A DNA stretch of 64,000 nucleotides from Trichoplax adhaerens (GCF_000150275.1 NW_002060949.1:4682753-4746752), one strand, 5' to 3'. Positions 39,001 to 59,299 are shown, counted from the first letter of the stretch. Program-made: numbers and translations. Notes: a model not told the origin generated them from the sequence alone.

Positions 39001-42000
39001 TAAGTAATTCTTGAGAATCTTGCTGTTGAAAGCCATTAAATCTTGGAGCGTACTTACAGATAGTAAGCCTCATCTTTAACGGTACAAATGATCGCGTATT
39101 GCCACTCCATAATTCCTGAATTAATTCCCCATAACGCTTAGCAATAATACCTTTCATTCCTAAAGGATTTACACGATTGATTTCGTGTAGATGAGCTTGC
39201 TTTACAAAATATTTAGTTAGGGCTTGAGTGTTGCTAACGCATTGCAACGCAGAATTCATGAAACAAGTATTGCCCATATTGCTCAACCCTGTAACACCTT
39301 TCTCTGTTTTTGCAACAATCCGCATATCCTTTTCTTTACCTCGCTTGGCAAGTTGATACATCTCTTCTGGCCAAGTCATATCAATATTTCGAACTTCAAT
39401 AAGGACTTGTTGGCCGTCTTCTAACTTCAACTCTTCTATTGTAGCCTGCTCATCTTCTAATAATTGTGGATAATCTTCATTGCTATAGTTCCATAAGCGA
39501 AGGTCCTCCACTTTCATCCTTAATCGAGCACCTAGAAATTCAAGGACTTGCTTTAAAGTGTTCTTACGACTGTAGCATGCGGTATAAGCTAGGTATTTTC
39601 TTGGAATTGATTCATTCGTATTGACAGAAGCTACTCCAAAACCACCGAAACCACCAAATGTTATTCCAGAAAATCCGGTGACGGTTGACCATAGGCTTGA
39701 AGAATTGCTATTTCGATTTGGTGAGGTATGCCTTAAAATTTTAACACAAATCGGATATAATTCTAATTCGGCTTTTCCATCTTTGTTGGTAGTAACCTGT
39801 GACAATTTAATGGCATGTTAAAGATACATTATATATATCCGTTCAAAAATTGGGCTCGAGTATCTTTGGTATACCCAAATAAGAATGCGATGATATCCTT
39901 GAAAATCAAAAATTAACTTACATGTCTAGGTAGCGATAAGTTACAACCATACCACTGACATAGCGCTTTGAATACAGCCTCTGGAAGTAGTTGATAATCA
40001 CGTCTAGGTATAAGGTTGACGTTCTTTTTTAATCTTCCCCCTTCATTTGTTAGTGTGGGGATCTATGATGGTCAGAAAATAAACGTAAAGATTAATTTTG
40101 TAGGTTAACGAATCATTCATTCATTAAAACGTGTATATCTAAAATATTCTGATACTCACTCTCCTATTGGGCGATTCAACAAGGCATAGATTATCAATAA
40201 GCCCAGGAGCTGGTAGGATACCATTTAGATTAACAGGGCGTTGATTAAATGTTTGTGATGAATGTGATTTACTATATAAAGATAGTCATTACATATAGTT
40301 AGTAAACTAGCATATAACAAGAAATTGATGTTTATAACGTCAAATATATCTAACCTTAAAGGTCGATTATTAGCAGGATTTCCTAAACATTGATCAAAAG
40401 GGAATAAATACCTTAGTATTAAGCAATTCCAATATTAAATAAAAACTGTGAATATTTTTACCGTTCCGATTAAGTGGAGGCATACTCAATTTGCTTGATG
40501 ACAAAGCTTTGGTATGGTTGCTCTGTTTCTATTAAACGATAACATAAGTATATTAAAGAACTATACGCTGTCGAAATTTTTTATTTATGCACGGAACACG
40601 ATACAGTATTACATAATAGTTCTTCTACTTACACTTGCTCCAACATATTCCAACCAGTTTCGCCACCATGACATTGAAACTAGATACCATATGTCATTCG
40701 ATTTAAAGCCATGACGATTAGCTCGATCAAGCCAACCCCTAGTAACAACCAACATAATGCATTTAGCTACAATTATCGTAGCTGTAAATTCTAAATCTAA
40801 AAAGTATTCAGATTGTAACTTACACGATTACTTGCTTTTCTTTTTCTCGCGTAAGTGGTAATACCCCTAGAACTATGTGACCAACCTATAGAAGAAAAGA
40901 TTATTGAGTGTTAATTACAACTATAAGCTGAAGTACATGGTGCCAGCTTTACCGTAACTTTCATAGAATTTCTTAACTACTATCAATATCAAAATATACC
41001 TGTTGCAGCAGACTCTGTAGTTCTTTTGTATATTGGCTAGTTATCATCCAGAGGTGAAATTCTTCAATTGTAATGCAATCATCCTAATTAAGTGTGATCA
41101 TCAAAAATATATTATTAAGGTATGCATTATAAATATGAACATCCATTTTCCATTGGGATAGTATTACAACTGATTAAAGCTGTAATGTAAATTGGACTGA
41201 TATTAGTTACAAACCTCATCACTATCGTAGTGATGTAAAATCTCAGTAACCATGGATTTTGCAGTTTCTCGTAAGCTATCTACAGGCTAAAGCATTTATG
41301 AGAAAGTTGAGTTGAGAAGAGCGCATAACTAAATATAATCAATGCTTTTGCGTTACTTTTGGATTAGGGGACGCCGAACGTTCACGAATTTCCAATAACA
41401 CTAATGCCATATCACAGAGTTCACTTTTAGACAGGAGATCATCATGATCAACGTCAAAGATTTGAAAGCAAACTAAAAATGAAAAGCAACGACTATAACA
41501 CGGATTGTACTCTTTAACATACAATATAATATAATTAGTTCATACATTTTCGCTTTTCGTTATGCGGCCCTCGGCACAACGATGATAGTCCACAAACCAT
41601 CTCTTTAAAATCGATATGGCCATCATCATTTTCATCAAATGCAGTGAAAAGCCCTATCGTGTCATCGCAACAAAGCATATACGATATTAATTTTCGAGTA
41701 CAACATTTACTGATAAGTGAGTAAAATTTAGGTAACGATAGAGCGTAAAAGGCTGAGTTGAATATAATACAGATAGCGATCATAATATTCAAGTATACAA
41801 AATAGAAGTTACTTTGGAATAGTTAACAGCTGAATAACGTACCTTTAGTTAAAGATTCAGGAAGTGGAGGGCAAACAAAGCGACTAAAGGTCTCTAGATC
41901 GAATTTGCCAGATTTAGAGCAGTTTTTTAGAGCCCAGTATTTTTTTTCCAGTTCCATAACGTCCTTTTCCGTAACTAAGAGAGGTAAAGCATCAAAGGCA

Positions 42001-45000
42001 GCATTTTTATTCACCTATACTATTGTGATTATCTTACCTACTAAGAGAAATAGCAGTGAAAACCAAAAATTACTTACAATGAGTGATACTTGCTACTGAT
42101 TGATAAAATGTTGGTGTAGCACTTGTATCAGTGAGTGTTATTTTGCTATTATCATATAGTAGCCAAGATGACAGTTGTATGGCTTTGGGATTAAGAGATA
42201 TCCATTGATAGAATTGATCGAAGGTAATTCTATCTCCCTTTACAAAAATAACATATAATATTACGTACAGATTTAAGTTACTTTAGCTTTGCTATTGTAG
42301 TTAATCGCTAAAAATGTAAGTCAATCTCTGATTACTTCGCTAGTAATTTACTCATGCATATTAAAATTTATGAAGCACCATACGAACTACTGTATAGTTG
42401 TAATAATAAATATAGTTAACAAAGTGTGTAATACCTCTCCTTAAAAATTTCACTTATGTGCTGTACAGTGCCTGCTCGGTATCACTGTACTCTTTTTATT
42501 AAAGATTTTTTGACTTACATGTGAGAAATTACGAAACATCGAATCAGGAACATGGGAATCGCAAGCTTTAATAGTATTTTCCAAGTAGTATTTAGATATA
42601 CTAGAACCGCCATCAGTGTTGAACGCATTGAAAATAACTACATCGACGATTAAAAAGGGAGTTCTAATGAGATTACAGCTTAGAAGTAATTAGTCAACTT
42701 ACATATATAATTATATCAATTTACACCAGTTAATGGTTACGGGCTGTAGTTACATAAATTAGGCTAACGCAATTAAAGCGTACGACATAAAAAAGAATGT
42801 TGAATATGTAAATGGTCAAATACAAACATTTAGTTCTTTCTTCATGACTCCCTTGCGTGATGACCAGTAAACCACTCAATAGATCTTTAAAATGGATTCC
42901 CTTGCTAGTCCCACCAAAAGCAATGTACATCAACTGGTAAAAATTAAAAATTTGATCGCTTAAGTCAGTCTTTACTGTAATCATAGCGATTGTAATTACT
43001 GATGTAAAAATAGATTAAAGCTATCAATTTATAAATGTTGTGCATGTCGCCATTTACCAGAGAAATTAATTTTCACTTCATTTTCATTTAATATAGCTCA
43101 TTACATTCAATACTTTCACGGCTAAGGAAGCAATAAGTGAATGTCGCGTCAATCCCGCCGAAATATGCAACAAATCGCCCATAAGGTAACAATTTAGTAT
43201 GACTCAACGGGTATCTATGATGGCATCTTAACTCGTAATTTTAAGATGTAAGTTGTAATCCGGAATTATATACAAAATCAAGATATCGTAAATATTCCAT
43301 TTTGATAACAACGTTGATCGTAATCAATTGACAATTTATACATACAGTATACTGTAGGAACGAAAGGGCTAAGGAAATTGAACTAGATACTGTAGTATTG
43401 CAATACAGTAGAAGACTCGACGTTAACTATCATCATCACTACATAAAAATGTTAATCCATGAAATAACCCCTTTTTTTAAATCATAATCTATATCTTTAA
43501 TTCTTGTTACATAAATTTTGTATCGATACTTGTGTTAAACAATGTCTATTCTTGAGAAATGACTGTTACTTGAGCGTAGGGGACTGGCATAACTGACATT
43601 ACAATCAAGGACAAAAATGACTTTTTTATCATCATTTGTACTTCAATAAAAGTTATAATCCTTGATAAATTAAGCCACTATAGTCACTAAGGGGCGCTCA
43701 TTTGTTAGCAACCCGATCCTAACTAGAAAAACTAGAATTGATGATTACTTGTATACAATCCATTGCATATTGAACATCATTAAGATATTAACCGTATACT
43801 AAAAACGATGATTATTGTATGATACAGTAGTATATTTTAGCCTCGTACAATAAATTGAATGTTGTCCAATAACTATTCTTGCCTATGATGTTATGGTATA
43901 AGAATATCAATATATCATCACTATTGGGCTTTGCTATTCAGGATCTATTTGTTGCAGGTAATTGCTATTAGCAGACCACCACAGCATGGTCGCTACGATG
44001 AGCCTATGATGTCATCATATACCGTAACTTGGTCTCTCGAATGAAAGTAGAGTCGAGGGAATCTTTAGAAACGACAGTTTACGAGCAATCATTATATGTA
44101 ACTACACTACAGTATAGAGTAGTAAAAAAAACCATGTCCAATTAAGTGAAGACAATTTTCTTTTGGGTCATTTTTCATCGGATTATCCAATGATGTTGAA
44201 AAATAGGGATTAATCATATCAGCTTGTAGAGTAGACAGGGCATTATAATATTATTACTATTATTATTATTATTATATATAGAATAATGAATATGATCAAC
44301 TTTTAACGGATAGTTATCGGTTGTTGTAATAAAACTAAACTAACTACCTCTGCTGTACTCGAATAATCAAGAATACAGTACTGTATATAGCAATGACTGT
44401 ACGCATAAGCTATAAACATTTATCATCCTGATGCATATTAATACAATCGAGTGAATTTCACACGGGGAGAGGAAGAATCGATCGATCGATCGATCGTGTG
44501 ATAAACATGTAGTAAAGACAATTTAGCTTATAGTATTTCATTCAAATTAACTAAAGAATAGTTTGGTGTCATGATAAAGTAGGCGATTAAGCATCCACTA
44601 AAAGTCACTGTAATACATTACGCCATCATTGCTGTATTTCAACGATAGCAATGATGCCTAGCTGGTCAAGATTTAGACACTGTTCTTGCGGACATTGACT
44701 TTGACGGGTATTGACGTAATACAGTAGCAGTGAATGATAGAAAATAGGGTTATAAAAAATGAAGTTATTTGGTTGATTCTTACCTCGGCAATATTGGATG
44801 GTACAGCATCGCCCAAGACATCACGCATAAAAGAAGATTTGCTAATAAATCCGGAACTACCGCCTGAGCGCTTAAAAGCACTTTTAATTCTTTTCAGATC
44901 AGCTTCGTTGACTGTCGGTCAAGAGATTGGTAAATAGGGTTAGCTCGTGTTATGTACAGTGTCTACTATAGAATTACAATCAAAGGAATTGAAGGATAAA

Positions 45001-45325
45001 GTAGTTGTCTCTCAAACTATTGCGTCGAGTATAAAATGATCTCCATGCTAATCATGATGATCAAATCGACGACTTGAATAAGATACACAGTAGCTCTCAC
45101 TACTTTTTCCATTTCAACGAGTATGGGAATAATATTGTTGTGAATTTTTGATGCGCTCTTTCATTGACGTCATACAATGACAGTCTACTGTATGATACAA
45201 TGCTATCCATGTTATAGATATCTATATAGGCTTTGAAAGAAGCGATAGAAATGAAGATATGACACACCTCGTTTCGTGGCTTCTTCCCAATTAAAGTAGA
45301 ACTGTTTCGACTCTTTTAAACCCAT
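36050..45325 (-). CDS. USP32: Ubiquitin carboxyl-terminal hydrolase 32 (EF-hands, DUSP, Ubl, USP domain, CaaX), multi-exon
   Basis: Start [19 protein letters not shown]; FGGTSKG; EF-hands [14 protein letters not shown] and [14 protein letters not shown]; Cys box [17 protein letters not shown]; QQQDSQE; His box [18 protein letters not shown]; ends KKICTIQ*. Confidence 0.97.
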
Positions 45326-45879
45326 CGCTTGAAAGTTTGATCCAATATTTTTCAATGAATATAGCGTTAAAGGACTTAATTAAATCAAAATATCCAACCA
45401 AAATTACGCCAGCGTCGACTTGCAAGTAGAAACACATGCAAATTTTTAACTTTTAATTTTAACATGGATATCCATAACACAAGGCAAGGCGCTCACATGA
45501 ACACAGATTGAACATGAACTAATACTAAAACACCTTGGACTGGTGTAGCAGTTGTAGCCAGGCTGTATGACACCACCGACGACTGTATCGCCGTACAAAG
45601 CGCAGTCCAGTATAGCTAGTATGCGCACGATGTAGTAGCCTTCAACAGAGACTTTTATAGGAGAAAAATTCCCTGCCTTCAACCACCAGTGGGGTTGATG
45701 GTTGCAATGACGCTATTGTCAAGTTATATGCACAGTTCTAACAGGATCTCTATACAGTATACCTAGGCCCGACTTTTCTTTCTGTCGTTTAGTTCTTTCA
45801 CTTGATAACCTGTCCACCTATTACAAACTACTATATACTTTTCTTCAACTACGACATTGGTAACGGACTTCCAATAATG

Positions 45880-46215
45880 CTACTACAGTACCATACAGTC
45901 GGTCAATTCTTGACGCGTGGACTGATGCTGAGAAAAATGAATGTCACTGTAGTGTATCTGCAGTTGTACACTATACCATACTAGGGACAGTACTTTTCCC
46001 GACCATGACAGTAACTTAAGTTAAAACATGGCAACGATTACTGTACGCAGTCTACAGTACTGTACTGTAGTGTAAAGTACCGTACACTGTAAAGTACAGT
46101 ACTGTGTACTGTACTAGTGTCTCCCGATATTGTACTGTACTGTCCACGTGTACTGTACACACAGTGTACAGTACGCTTAAACGACTGTACTGTACTGGAT
46201 TGTGTACTGTACACG
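45880..46215. promoter_or_regulatory. TACAGT/ACTGTA island in the head-to-head USP32/VMP1 intergenic region (likely bidirectional promoter)
   Basis: Very dense CAGTACTGTACTGTA / GTACAGT runs at 46040-46213, between divergent ATGs at 45325 (-) and 46384 (+). Confidence 0.6.
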
Positions 46216-46383
46216 GTAGCCGGTAGGTTTCTCAGTTTTTAATTACTGTCACTTTGTTGGTATCGAGTGGCATCCGATCGTTCGTCTTGACATTTTTGGC
46301 CGAGCCTTGAAATCGAATTGGAATATTTTACATAGCATTCCTTGGATGACTGCAAAGAGTGAACAGTAAGTCAATGCACAAAT

Positions 46384-51845
<5,462 letters not shown>

Positions 51846-53720
51846 AAAGTGGATAAGTGAAAAGGAACCGAAACCAATGGATTGTTTGACTCAAATAAAT
51901 CATATTTTTGTATTATGCTTGAAGATTGATTTCTTTTTATTTAACATTTAGTATGGTACTTGATTAACTTAACATGTTGATTAATATTTTCTTGTTGCGA
52001 CGAGCACATCAATCATTTGGTGGCAACGAGACCGCTGTTCCGCTGTTAGCAGCTAGTAAATCTAATACCATGTTTGTTGTATTACAAGTCTACTATGTAT
52101 AGTTTTATGTATTACCGTATTTATATTACTAAGTAACTGGTACGGTACTAGGTTGTTTTCCTATTGTTTTATTTTTCGTCATCAAAAGGTGATATAGCCT
52201 CTCAACCTGTAAAAATATCATGGTTCTTGGAGTATGTACTATGTGGCAATTTTTCGATAGTTATACGCTCTTATGGTCATTTGTGACATAGATACACGTA
52301 TTGTTATCGTACAGTCGAATAATTTTAACTTAAGAACCTAATCGCTGAAATGTACGTATAACATGTGAAGGCTGTATTTATTCTTGCAAAAAGAGATCAT
52401 ATCAAGTTTTTTAATACTGACTTTAACAATTTCATTTCGCTATTAGTAACAGGTAGTATCATAAATTTACAATTTAGCAGTAAATTAATGTCTCAATATT
52501 TATTTAGCATTTATTCTACCTAGTTATGGATGTATAGTAAAATTAACTATTGTTAATGAATCTATATCGGCATTTAAGTTCCGTTATTACCTTTATTTTA
52601 ATTTTTTGTTTGATTCTGTTTGGTTATGATTTGTACGGTACCGCTGTATAATAGTATCCATAAACTTGATTCATCAGTCTTATGGGATGAAGCGTTTGTG
52701 TGTTGGCATTTGCGTTATAAATTCATGCATGGTAAAATATTCACACATATTTCAAAGTGTGATATATATACAGAGCAAACAGTGACATGTATCAAGGTTT
52801 GGATATGCTACCACTGTAGGAATGCGACTGCAGGAATACTGTACATAACAGACATGACAGGTGCATCGTTTACGTTACAATATTACTTTACCTTCAAATG
52901 CAGTCTTGGAAGTTACGAAGTTATCATGAATTCATCCTTGATTATGGCTCAGCCATATCCAGTATACTGTATACTAAGTTCTTACTTTTGTAGTAACTCT
53001 CGACTGATTCATTAATTAGAATTATTAATGATACACTAGACACTAGCTAGATATTAGGAAGAACTTATTTTTACCTGCTACGAGTTCACTTTAGTGGACT
53101 GTATGAGATCCTGAAATGTCCAAAAGCTGTACAGTGCGTATTGCACTCGGTACAAATACAATACACATTTCGCTACTGTAAACTGGACCTGCGACCTAGT
53201 GTATAGTATATAACAGGGTCGTATCTCTTACATACAGTTATGGACTACTAATTAATATGGTATTATTGACACATTTGTGATACAATATGTCAAAACGTGC
53301 AAGTGTGCAGAAACCCTACAAAGCATCTGGTTAAGGCAAGGGCTACTGCAAGAGAACCATCGCGAAGAACATCAAGAATTGAGAAGATCTTGTCGATTTT
53401 GATGCTCGTGTACCCCCCTGTATCTTCTATAGCTAAAAATATTAGAATAAAATAGTCTGTAGACAATTTGCCGTCATATGTGAACTTACTGAAAATAAAA
53501 AGAGTTCTAATCTGACCTTAGTTTTAGTTTTAATCATCGCAAGAAGCATGGAAGTAAAATTAAGTACAAGCTAAATTATCATACAAATAATATTGCAGGT
53601 ATGAGAATAGCAAATTCATCCTTTAGATCAACTGTATTGACGCAAACTTGATTCACTGAAAGCTTAATTGAACTCGTATTGTAATGATTACAGAGTAATA
53701 CCATAAAGATTTCGATAAAG

Positions 53721-56700
53721 ATGCTACCTGTACGTGTATATCTGGCAGCAACGCCTGGATGGAGAACGCTGATTACTGTTGCACGCTATACACGTTGTTG
53801 CAACTTACGGACTCAACCGGTAAGAGATTAAGATACGCGTATCTACTCCACTCTTATTCCAACGTAATATTTCAATGCCTTCCTTAATTGTAGTCGCATA
53901 GCTTAACGGTGTTTGCAACGTCTTGTGGATTTATGTGACTTCACCAGCATATAATCGCAAAACGAAATAATCATTTGTTATTGATATTAAACTATTTTAA
54001 CTTGTACTACTCTTGACAGTGACGTACATTGTAAAGTAAGTAGTATTATGGGTGCTGTACTATCAATGGATTGCAACATAATGACATCGTGAAAGTTCTC
54101 TCAGTTCTCCGCTGAATTGAACGGTAGATATAAGTCTAAGACTTACGTTGGAGAAATAAATATTTTCTGTAGACGCATGTAATTAATTATTGCATATTAT
54201 AAAGAAGTATACGGTATATAGCATGCAACATCAGATAATGATAGCTTGTAAGCAATAATTATTGTACGCTTAATTGAGCCATGTGATTAAACTCGCTGAA
54301 GGATGGTACGCGAGCAAAGAATATTGTAATAGTGCAGAGATGCAATTTTTACTGACGAATCTTTTATATGCAATTTCATCTTGAACTTTATAAGTTTTCG
54401 CTACTAGGTACTTTTTACGGTGTGTATTTGATCTACTCTAAACAGCATATTAATTTTTTAGTTAAAAGACAGCTTAACAAGACATAGCCAAAATATGACA
54501 ACATCACATTCACGGAGGTTATGCAGTACTGTAATAAATAGCGATGACGAGGCTAAAATTTCCGATGAAAGAACTATTAATTCAACTCGTACCCGAGCAC
54601 GAACACATGTAACTCAGAAGAGTCAGCAAAATAAAAATTTGGTTCGTTTCCAGAAGTATTATGTGCCATATAGATCGGATAATGAACTAGCTGTAGTTTA
54701 CTCCATACAGACTTGAAACTTTGCAGACTATAATTGTTACTGGAAGTAAGATTAAAACTTACTATTGCTTAGCAATAATGTTATTAAATGAGATGAAAAG
54801 TAGATTAATTGGATTACATACATTATGGCAATTTGCTTTTTACAAGAAGAAGTAATATCTATAGAATTGTTTCTAAGGACTTGTACGTAGTATACGTACA
54901 GTACCTGGTATATAGAAATACTCTGTATTGCTGAGAAATTTGATAAAATGATAAATGAAAATGCTTACTGCTATTCTCTATGTAGAGTTGGGGAAATTAA
55001 TGATTTACCCTCGTATAATTTCCTATTTTACTGTATAACATCATTATTTACTAGGACCTAATAGAGCCTAAGAAGAGTTCAGTCCGTTATTTCACGTCTT
55101 ATGCTACTGCAGAAAGATACGATTTAGATGGTTTAAAACGCTATTTACAGGGAACTGACGGTTACTCATTATCTGTATTACCTGAAGGTGAGGCCTAGGA
55201 TACTTATTTTTATAACAAGATGTTATGCGGTGACTTATTTTATATTGTAAGATTTAAACTAAATTTCAAATAATTATATTAATCATTATGCGATCATGAA
55301 ATGTAAAGAAGTAGCATGATGTACTATTCGAATAGTAAGCTGTAGATGTAAATAATTGCAATTCTATCAACATATATCTGGAATATTTTGTAGTCTTGAA
55401 GCCTATAGGCTATTACAGTTACATTTAGAGTAACTTCGGGTTATTACAGCAGTTATCACGAATTTGCAACACGGCTAATTATTCACATCATGTTAATATT
55501 ATATGTAATATAACGCTAAAATAGTCTGTAAATTATGAATTAATGTAACCGTGTAATATAAATGAGTAATAGTAAACCTAAGTATAAATTTTATGGCAAC
55601 GAAGTTCGAGGTATTCCAAGTTTCTGTAATCACGTTTTGTGATTTTTTCATTATTATCACACTTTCAGATGTACAAGATGTTCTACACGTTTGGGTAATC
55701 CAAAGGGAACCGTACCATCTTAGCGACAGAAAGGAAGTTTTTCTTTTTCGGTTGGTCATTGTTTAATTACCCATTTTTCCAGCAAATTAATATACAAATT
55801 CTTATTGTATCAATTCGGTATCATAATATTGAATTTTATACAATATTTAACAATTTAGGCATGGTTCGAGTGTTTACTGGAATTTTGAATCCAACGAAGT
55901 ATGACAAATAATGAGTTCATTAATTATAATCGCGATTTTTGATTTAGTTGTTGGGAATTTTTACCACTCTATTGCTATCTCCACTACTATACTATTAAAT
56001 TCCGACAAAAATGAAGAAACCCAGAAATTAGAAAAATTGACTTGCTCTATCGCGACCGCACTATCTGGTATATTTTAGACTAAATGACTACTGTAATCAT
56101 TAATCATTCCATTGTCATCAATACCAACAAATACAATAGGAGGAATTGGACTGATGTATCATGTATTATTAATTTCATTCAGTCAAGTTAGCCATTTGGG
56201 AAGTTGCTTTGGATAAATATGTATCATCTATACAGTGGGTTCCTGAGGTAAATTTGAATGCAGAATAAATTTTAGTTAATAGTAATAACGTAACTGTAAA
56301 TGCATTTTTAGGCCCTCCGGGAGGGAAAGAAAGTACGTATGTCGCGAAATGAGATTCTACAAAAGACTGGTGAATTGCTATCACTAAGGTCAGACTGAAG
56401 TTGGAAGTTAATTAATTTTAAGCCTTGGTGGGAATTTTTACACACTCATTATCTGCAAGGGAAATATGATTTACATCTAAAAATTTTCACTGCAATACAA
56501 TATACTTTATTCTAGATACCAAATTAATCTAGCTTCTGATCTTCTAATTATACCGGATTTCTTTTGGGATCGAGATAATTTGGAACAATTATACATTAAT
56601 CTTTGCACATATCTTGATATGAATGGTAGAACTAAGGTAGCAATTCTCGAAGTAATTCATTGCGTAGCAGAGTCCTAAAGTCGTCGAAATTTTGTATATA

Positions 56701-57350
56701 ATATTTTAGATTGGCTTAGTTTAAAACTATTTTGAATTTTTATTATGTATTTCTGGATTAAGCATTTGAATGAGCCTGTAAATCCTTGTTTAAGTGCATC
56801 TACACTATGTAACATATAAACCAAGCTCGTATAAAAAATCGCACAGGATTCCACTTATATACGTAATGAAAACGAGAGATGAAGATGTATATACAAATTC
56901 TAAACTTTAGTAGTGTTGTTTGTTTATTCTTGCTAGAGATCATAAAGGTTTTGGATTGTTACAGCTGTATGATTAATTAATCTAAAATATGGTTGTTTTG
57001 GGATATTGGTAGGTAATGAATGAAAAACTAAATCACTGTACTGAGTTGGCGGAATTACTAAGGACACATCTTAGCGAGAAACATTCTCTCAGATTAGAAT
57101 GGGGCATTATCGGTTTAATTGCAATTGAGGTACCAAAAGATTGCAATAGATTATAGATTGTAATACTGGTTATAAGATACGATTATTTAAATTTAAGATT
57201 TATAGTAACATAGTCTATTATATAATTGCGTATTTTATATGTTGGCATCTCGTGAATGTACGAAGATATACTAAATCATGACTGTTATTCATATAGGTTT
57301 TCTTTGAGATACTACACAATTTAGAACAAATTGTTACTTTTCTTTCCTAA
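53721..57350 (+). CDS. RMND1: Required for meiotic nuclear division 1 homolog (mitochondrial, DUF155); one internal exon appears missing
   Basis: Presequence-like exon 1 MLPVRVYLAATPGWRTLITVARYTRCC; then SYATAERYDL, VFLFRHGSSVYWN, SVKLAIWE, YQINLASDLLIIPDFFWDRDNLE and VMNEKLNHCTEL..LRLEWGIIGLIAIEVFFE..*. The 5' exons are tentative. Confidence 0.9.
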
Positions 57351-58502
57351 GAAGCCTTTTAAATATTTGGGTATTTCCAGCTATTGCAACTAAACTTAAC
57401 TAAAAAATAATGTCATTTACAATGGGTATTAATACTTTTAAATTGTAGATTTGAACCTTTTCATTTGTATATTTGATTACAACTTCTATAGTGCTTTAAT
57501 CGAACAATTTTGAAAAATTTTATGACCAGCATCTTAGCATTGTTAACACTATTTGTACATGCATCATGATCGATATCGAAATTGCTCGAGCGAAACTGAT
57601 TCGTATTTTAGAGTTGCAGATTAGTTTTTAGGACTATTTATTAAAAATATAAGAATAAAAGCGATGAAGGGGCAATCTGTAGTTACCTATAATTTATCAA
57701 ATTTTTTTACTTTACGCTTGAGTATGGTTAATGTGCATTACCATTTCCTGTATTGAATTCGCCTGAATTTGATCAATATTATTATCGTAAAGATTGTGTT
57801 AAGGAATTGAGTATGAAATTATGGAAGAGATATTGCATTTGTCACTAATAGCAGCACTACTTATTATAACTTGAATTACGTACTAGAGTGCATAGAGAAT
57901 CTGGTTGACTATTGTCAATGTATGGATCTCAACATTAAACTAGTTAAGGCATAACTCTTTTTTTGGTAGTTTATGGCAAGGATAGTGTTAAGGGAATTAC
58001 TGCTAATTTTGAATGTTGTACTGCGATAGCGATAGGGTTGGATGACAAATACTTGACTACTAGAAAATGATGATTACAGTGCTTCTAATAGTCTGTGGTT
58101 CTGTGTCAGTCGTCACCTTTTGTTATGTAATCGTATCGCAATCTTAAAACTCCGTTTGGAAGCCATGCTCAGGTTTCGTTCAGCCTTCACATCATGTATT
58201 TACCCAAATTTATAGCTCTCTTAATATCTATTTCGATGTTGTAATATCTTGATGTGTATATCAGGACAGATATTACGTATACATGCATGGGAAAACTTTT
58301 TATCTTGGTATGCCAGTAAAGAGAAACAAGGGATTACAAGCAAATCAAGAGGCAATATACTGTACAGTGCATTCTAAGTTAGAGATCATGGGATTCTACA
58401 GTATTGTAGCACTATTCGTACATTCTGAATAGACTGTCTATGCAGACAACATAAAATAGGGTGTCAAAGCATCCTATGCTGTTTATCAGCTACATGCGAT
58501 TG

Positions 58503-58749
58503 TAGTCCAGCCTCAAAATTGATTGATTCTATTTTCAATTATACAGTATATTAATATTTGTAGGCTAGATGCCGAGTACAGTAGGTTAGTACTAAAATTT
58601 CAGGTCTCTGATTGCAATTTTGCAACTACTAAACTACAGTAGTCCAACCTCAAAGTTGATTGACTCAATTTTAGATTCTATATTAATATTTGTAGGTTAG
58701 ATACCGAGTACAGTAGGCTAGTACTAATATTTCAGGTCTCTGATTGCAA
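58503..58749. repeat. Two-copy tandem duplication (period ~136 bp) upstream of UBE3B
   Basis: TAGTCCA.CCTCAAA.TTGATTGA..TATTAATATTTGTAGG.TAGAT.CCGAGTACAGTAGG.TAGTACTAA..TTTCAGGTCTCTGATTGCAA occurs at about 58503 and 58639. Confidence 0.9.
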
Positions 58750-58959
58750 GTTTACGGCTTGATCCGTTTATCGCCGATTCTCAATCATCTTTCCATCTGC
58801 TCTCCTATATTTTCTCGCTCCTTCTTCCCTTGAACTTATAGCTATAGATATACTGTACTCAAAAAAATACAGCAAACAGTTCTTTTTAGTAGTCCATGAT
58901 TCACTCACAATATACCGAGAATCTGCAACTTGTAGTTTTCATATTCAAAAGTTTTTACA

Positions 58960-59142
58960 CGACCGTACAGTACCGTACAGTACATCTCGTTCAGCACAGT
59001 ACACACTGTACTGTACTGAAAATACTGTACTGTACTGTACACCGTACGGTACAGTACCGTATTTTTCTTACCTACAGTACTGTACAGTACTGTACACTTG
59101 TACAGTATGTCCCGAAAGTTCTGTGCGGTAACCTTGGTACCG
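58960..59142. promoter_or_regulatory. TACAGT/ACTGTA island upstream of UBE3B
   Basis: Nearly continuous GTACAGTACCGTACAG / ACTGTACTGTAC runs 160-340 bp before the ATG at 59300. Confidence 0.6.
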
Positions 59143-59299
59143 TCCATCCTGAATGTTATTATTAGTTCAAACTACAACTCGAGTTGATTCTAATCCTTAA
59201 TTCTAAATTATTTGCCTGCTGCCGGTCAAATTTGAACACCCAGTGGAACTAATTGTTGTATTAGTTTTATGTCTTACTCCATCACATTTTACAAGGACT

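Noticed and set aside
36593-39821. Plus-strand ORFs 36593-36859, 38283-38510, 39224-39424 and 39621-39821
   Set aside because: Antisense shadows of long USP32 exons.
44246-44496. (ATT)n and (GATC)n runs in a USP32 intron
   Set aside because: Short simple repeats with no evidence of function.
45440-45720. Relatively GC-rich stretch with a small hairpin (about 45680-45705) as an ncRNA or 78-aa gene
   Set aside because: I recognised no snRNA, tRNA, RNase P/MRP or snoRNA motifs; it is most simply the USP32 5' UTR or promoter. An Rfam scan would settle it.
52620-53440. 131-aa ORF and short minus-strand open frames between VMP1 and RMND1
   Set aside because: Non-ATG start, no recognisable homology and no consistent splice chain; probably UTR or promoter sequence.
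58896-59165. Overlapping + and - ORFs (STVQYC-like repeats)
   Set aside because: By-products of the stop-poor TACAGT island.
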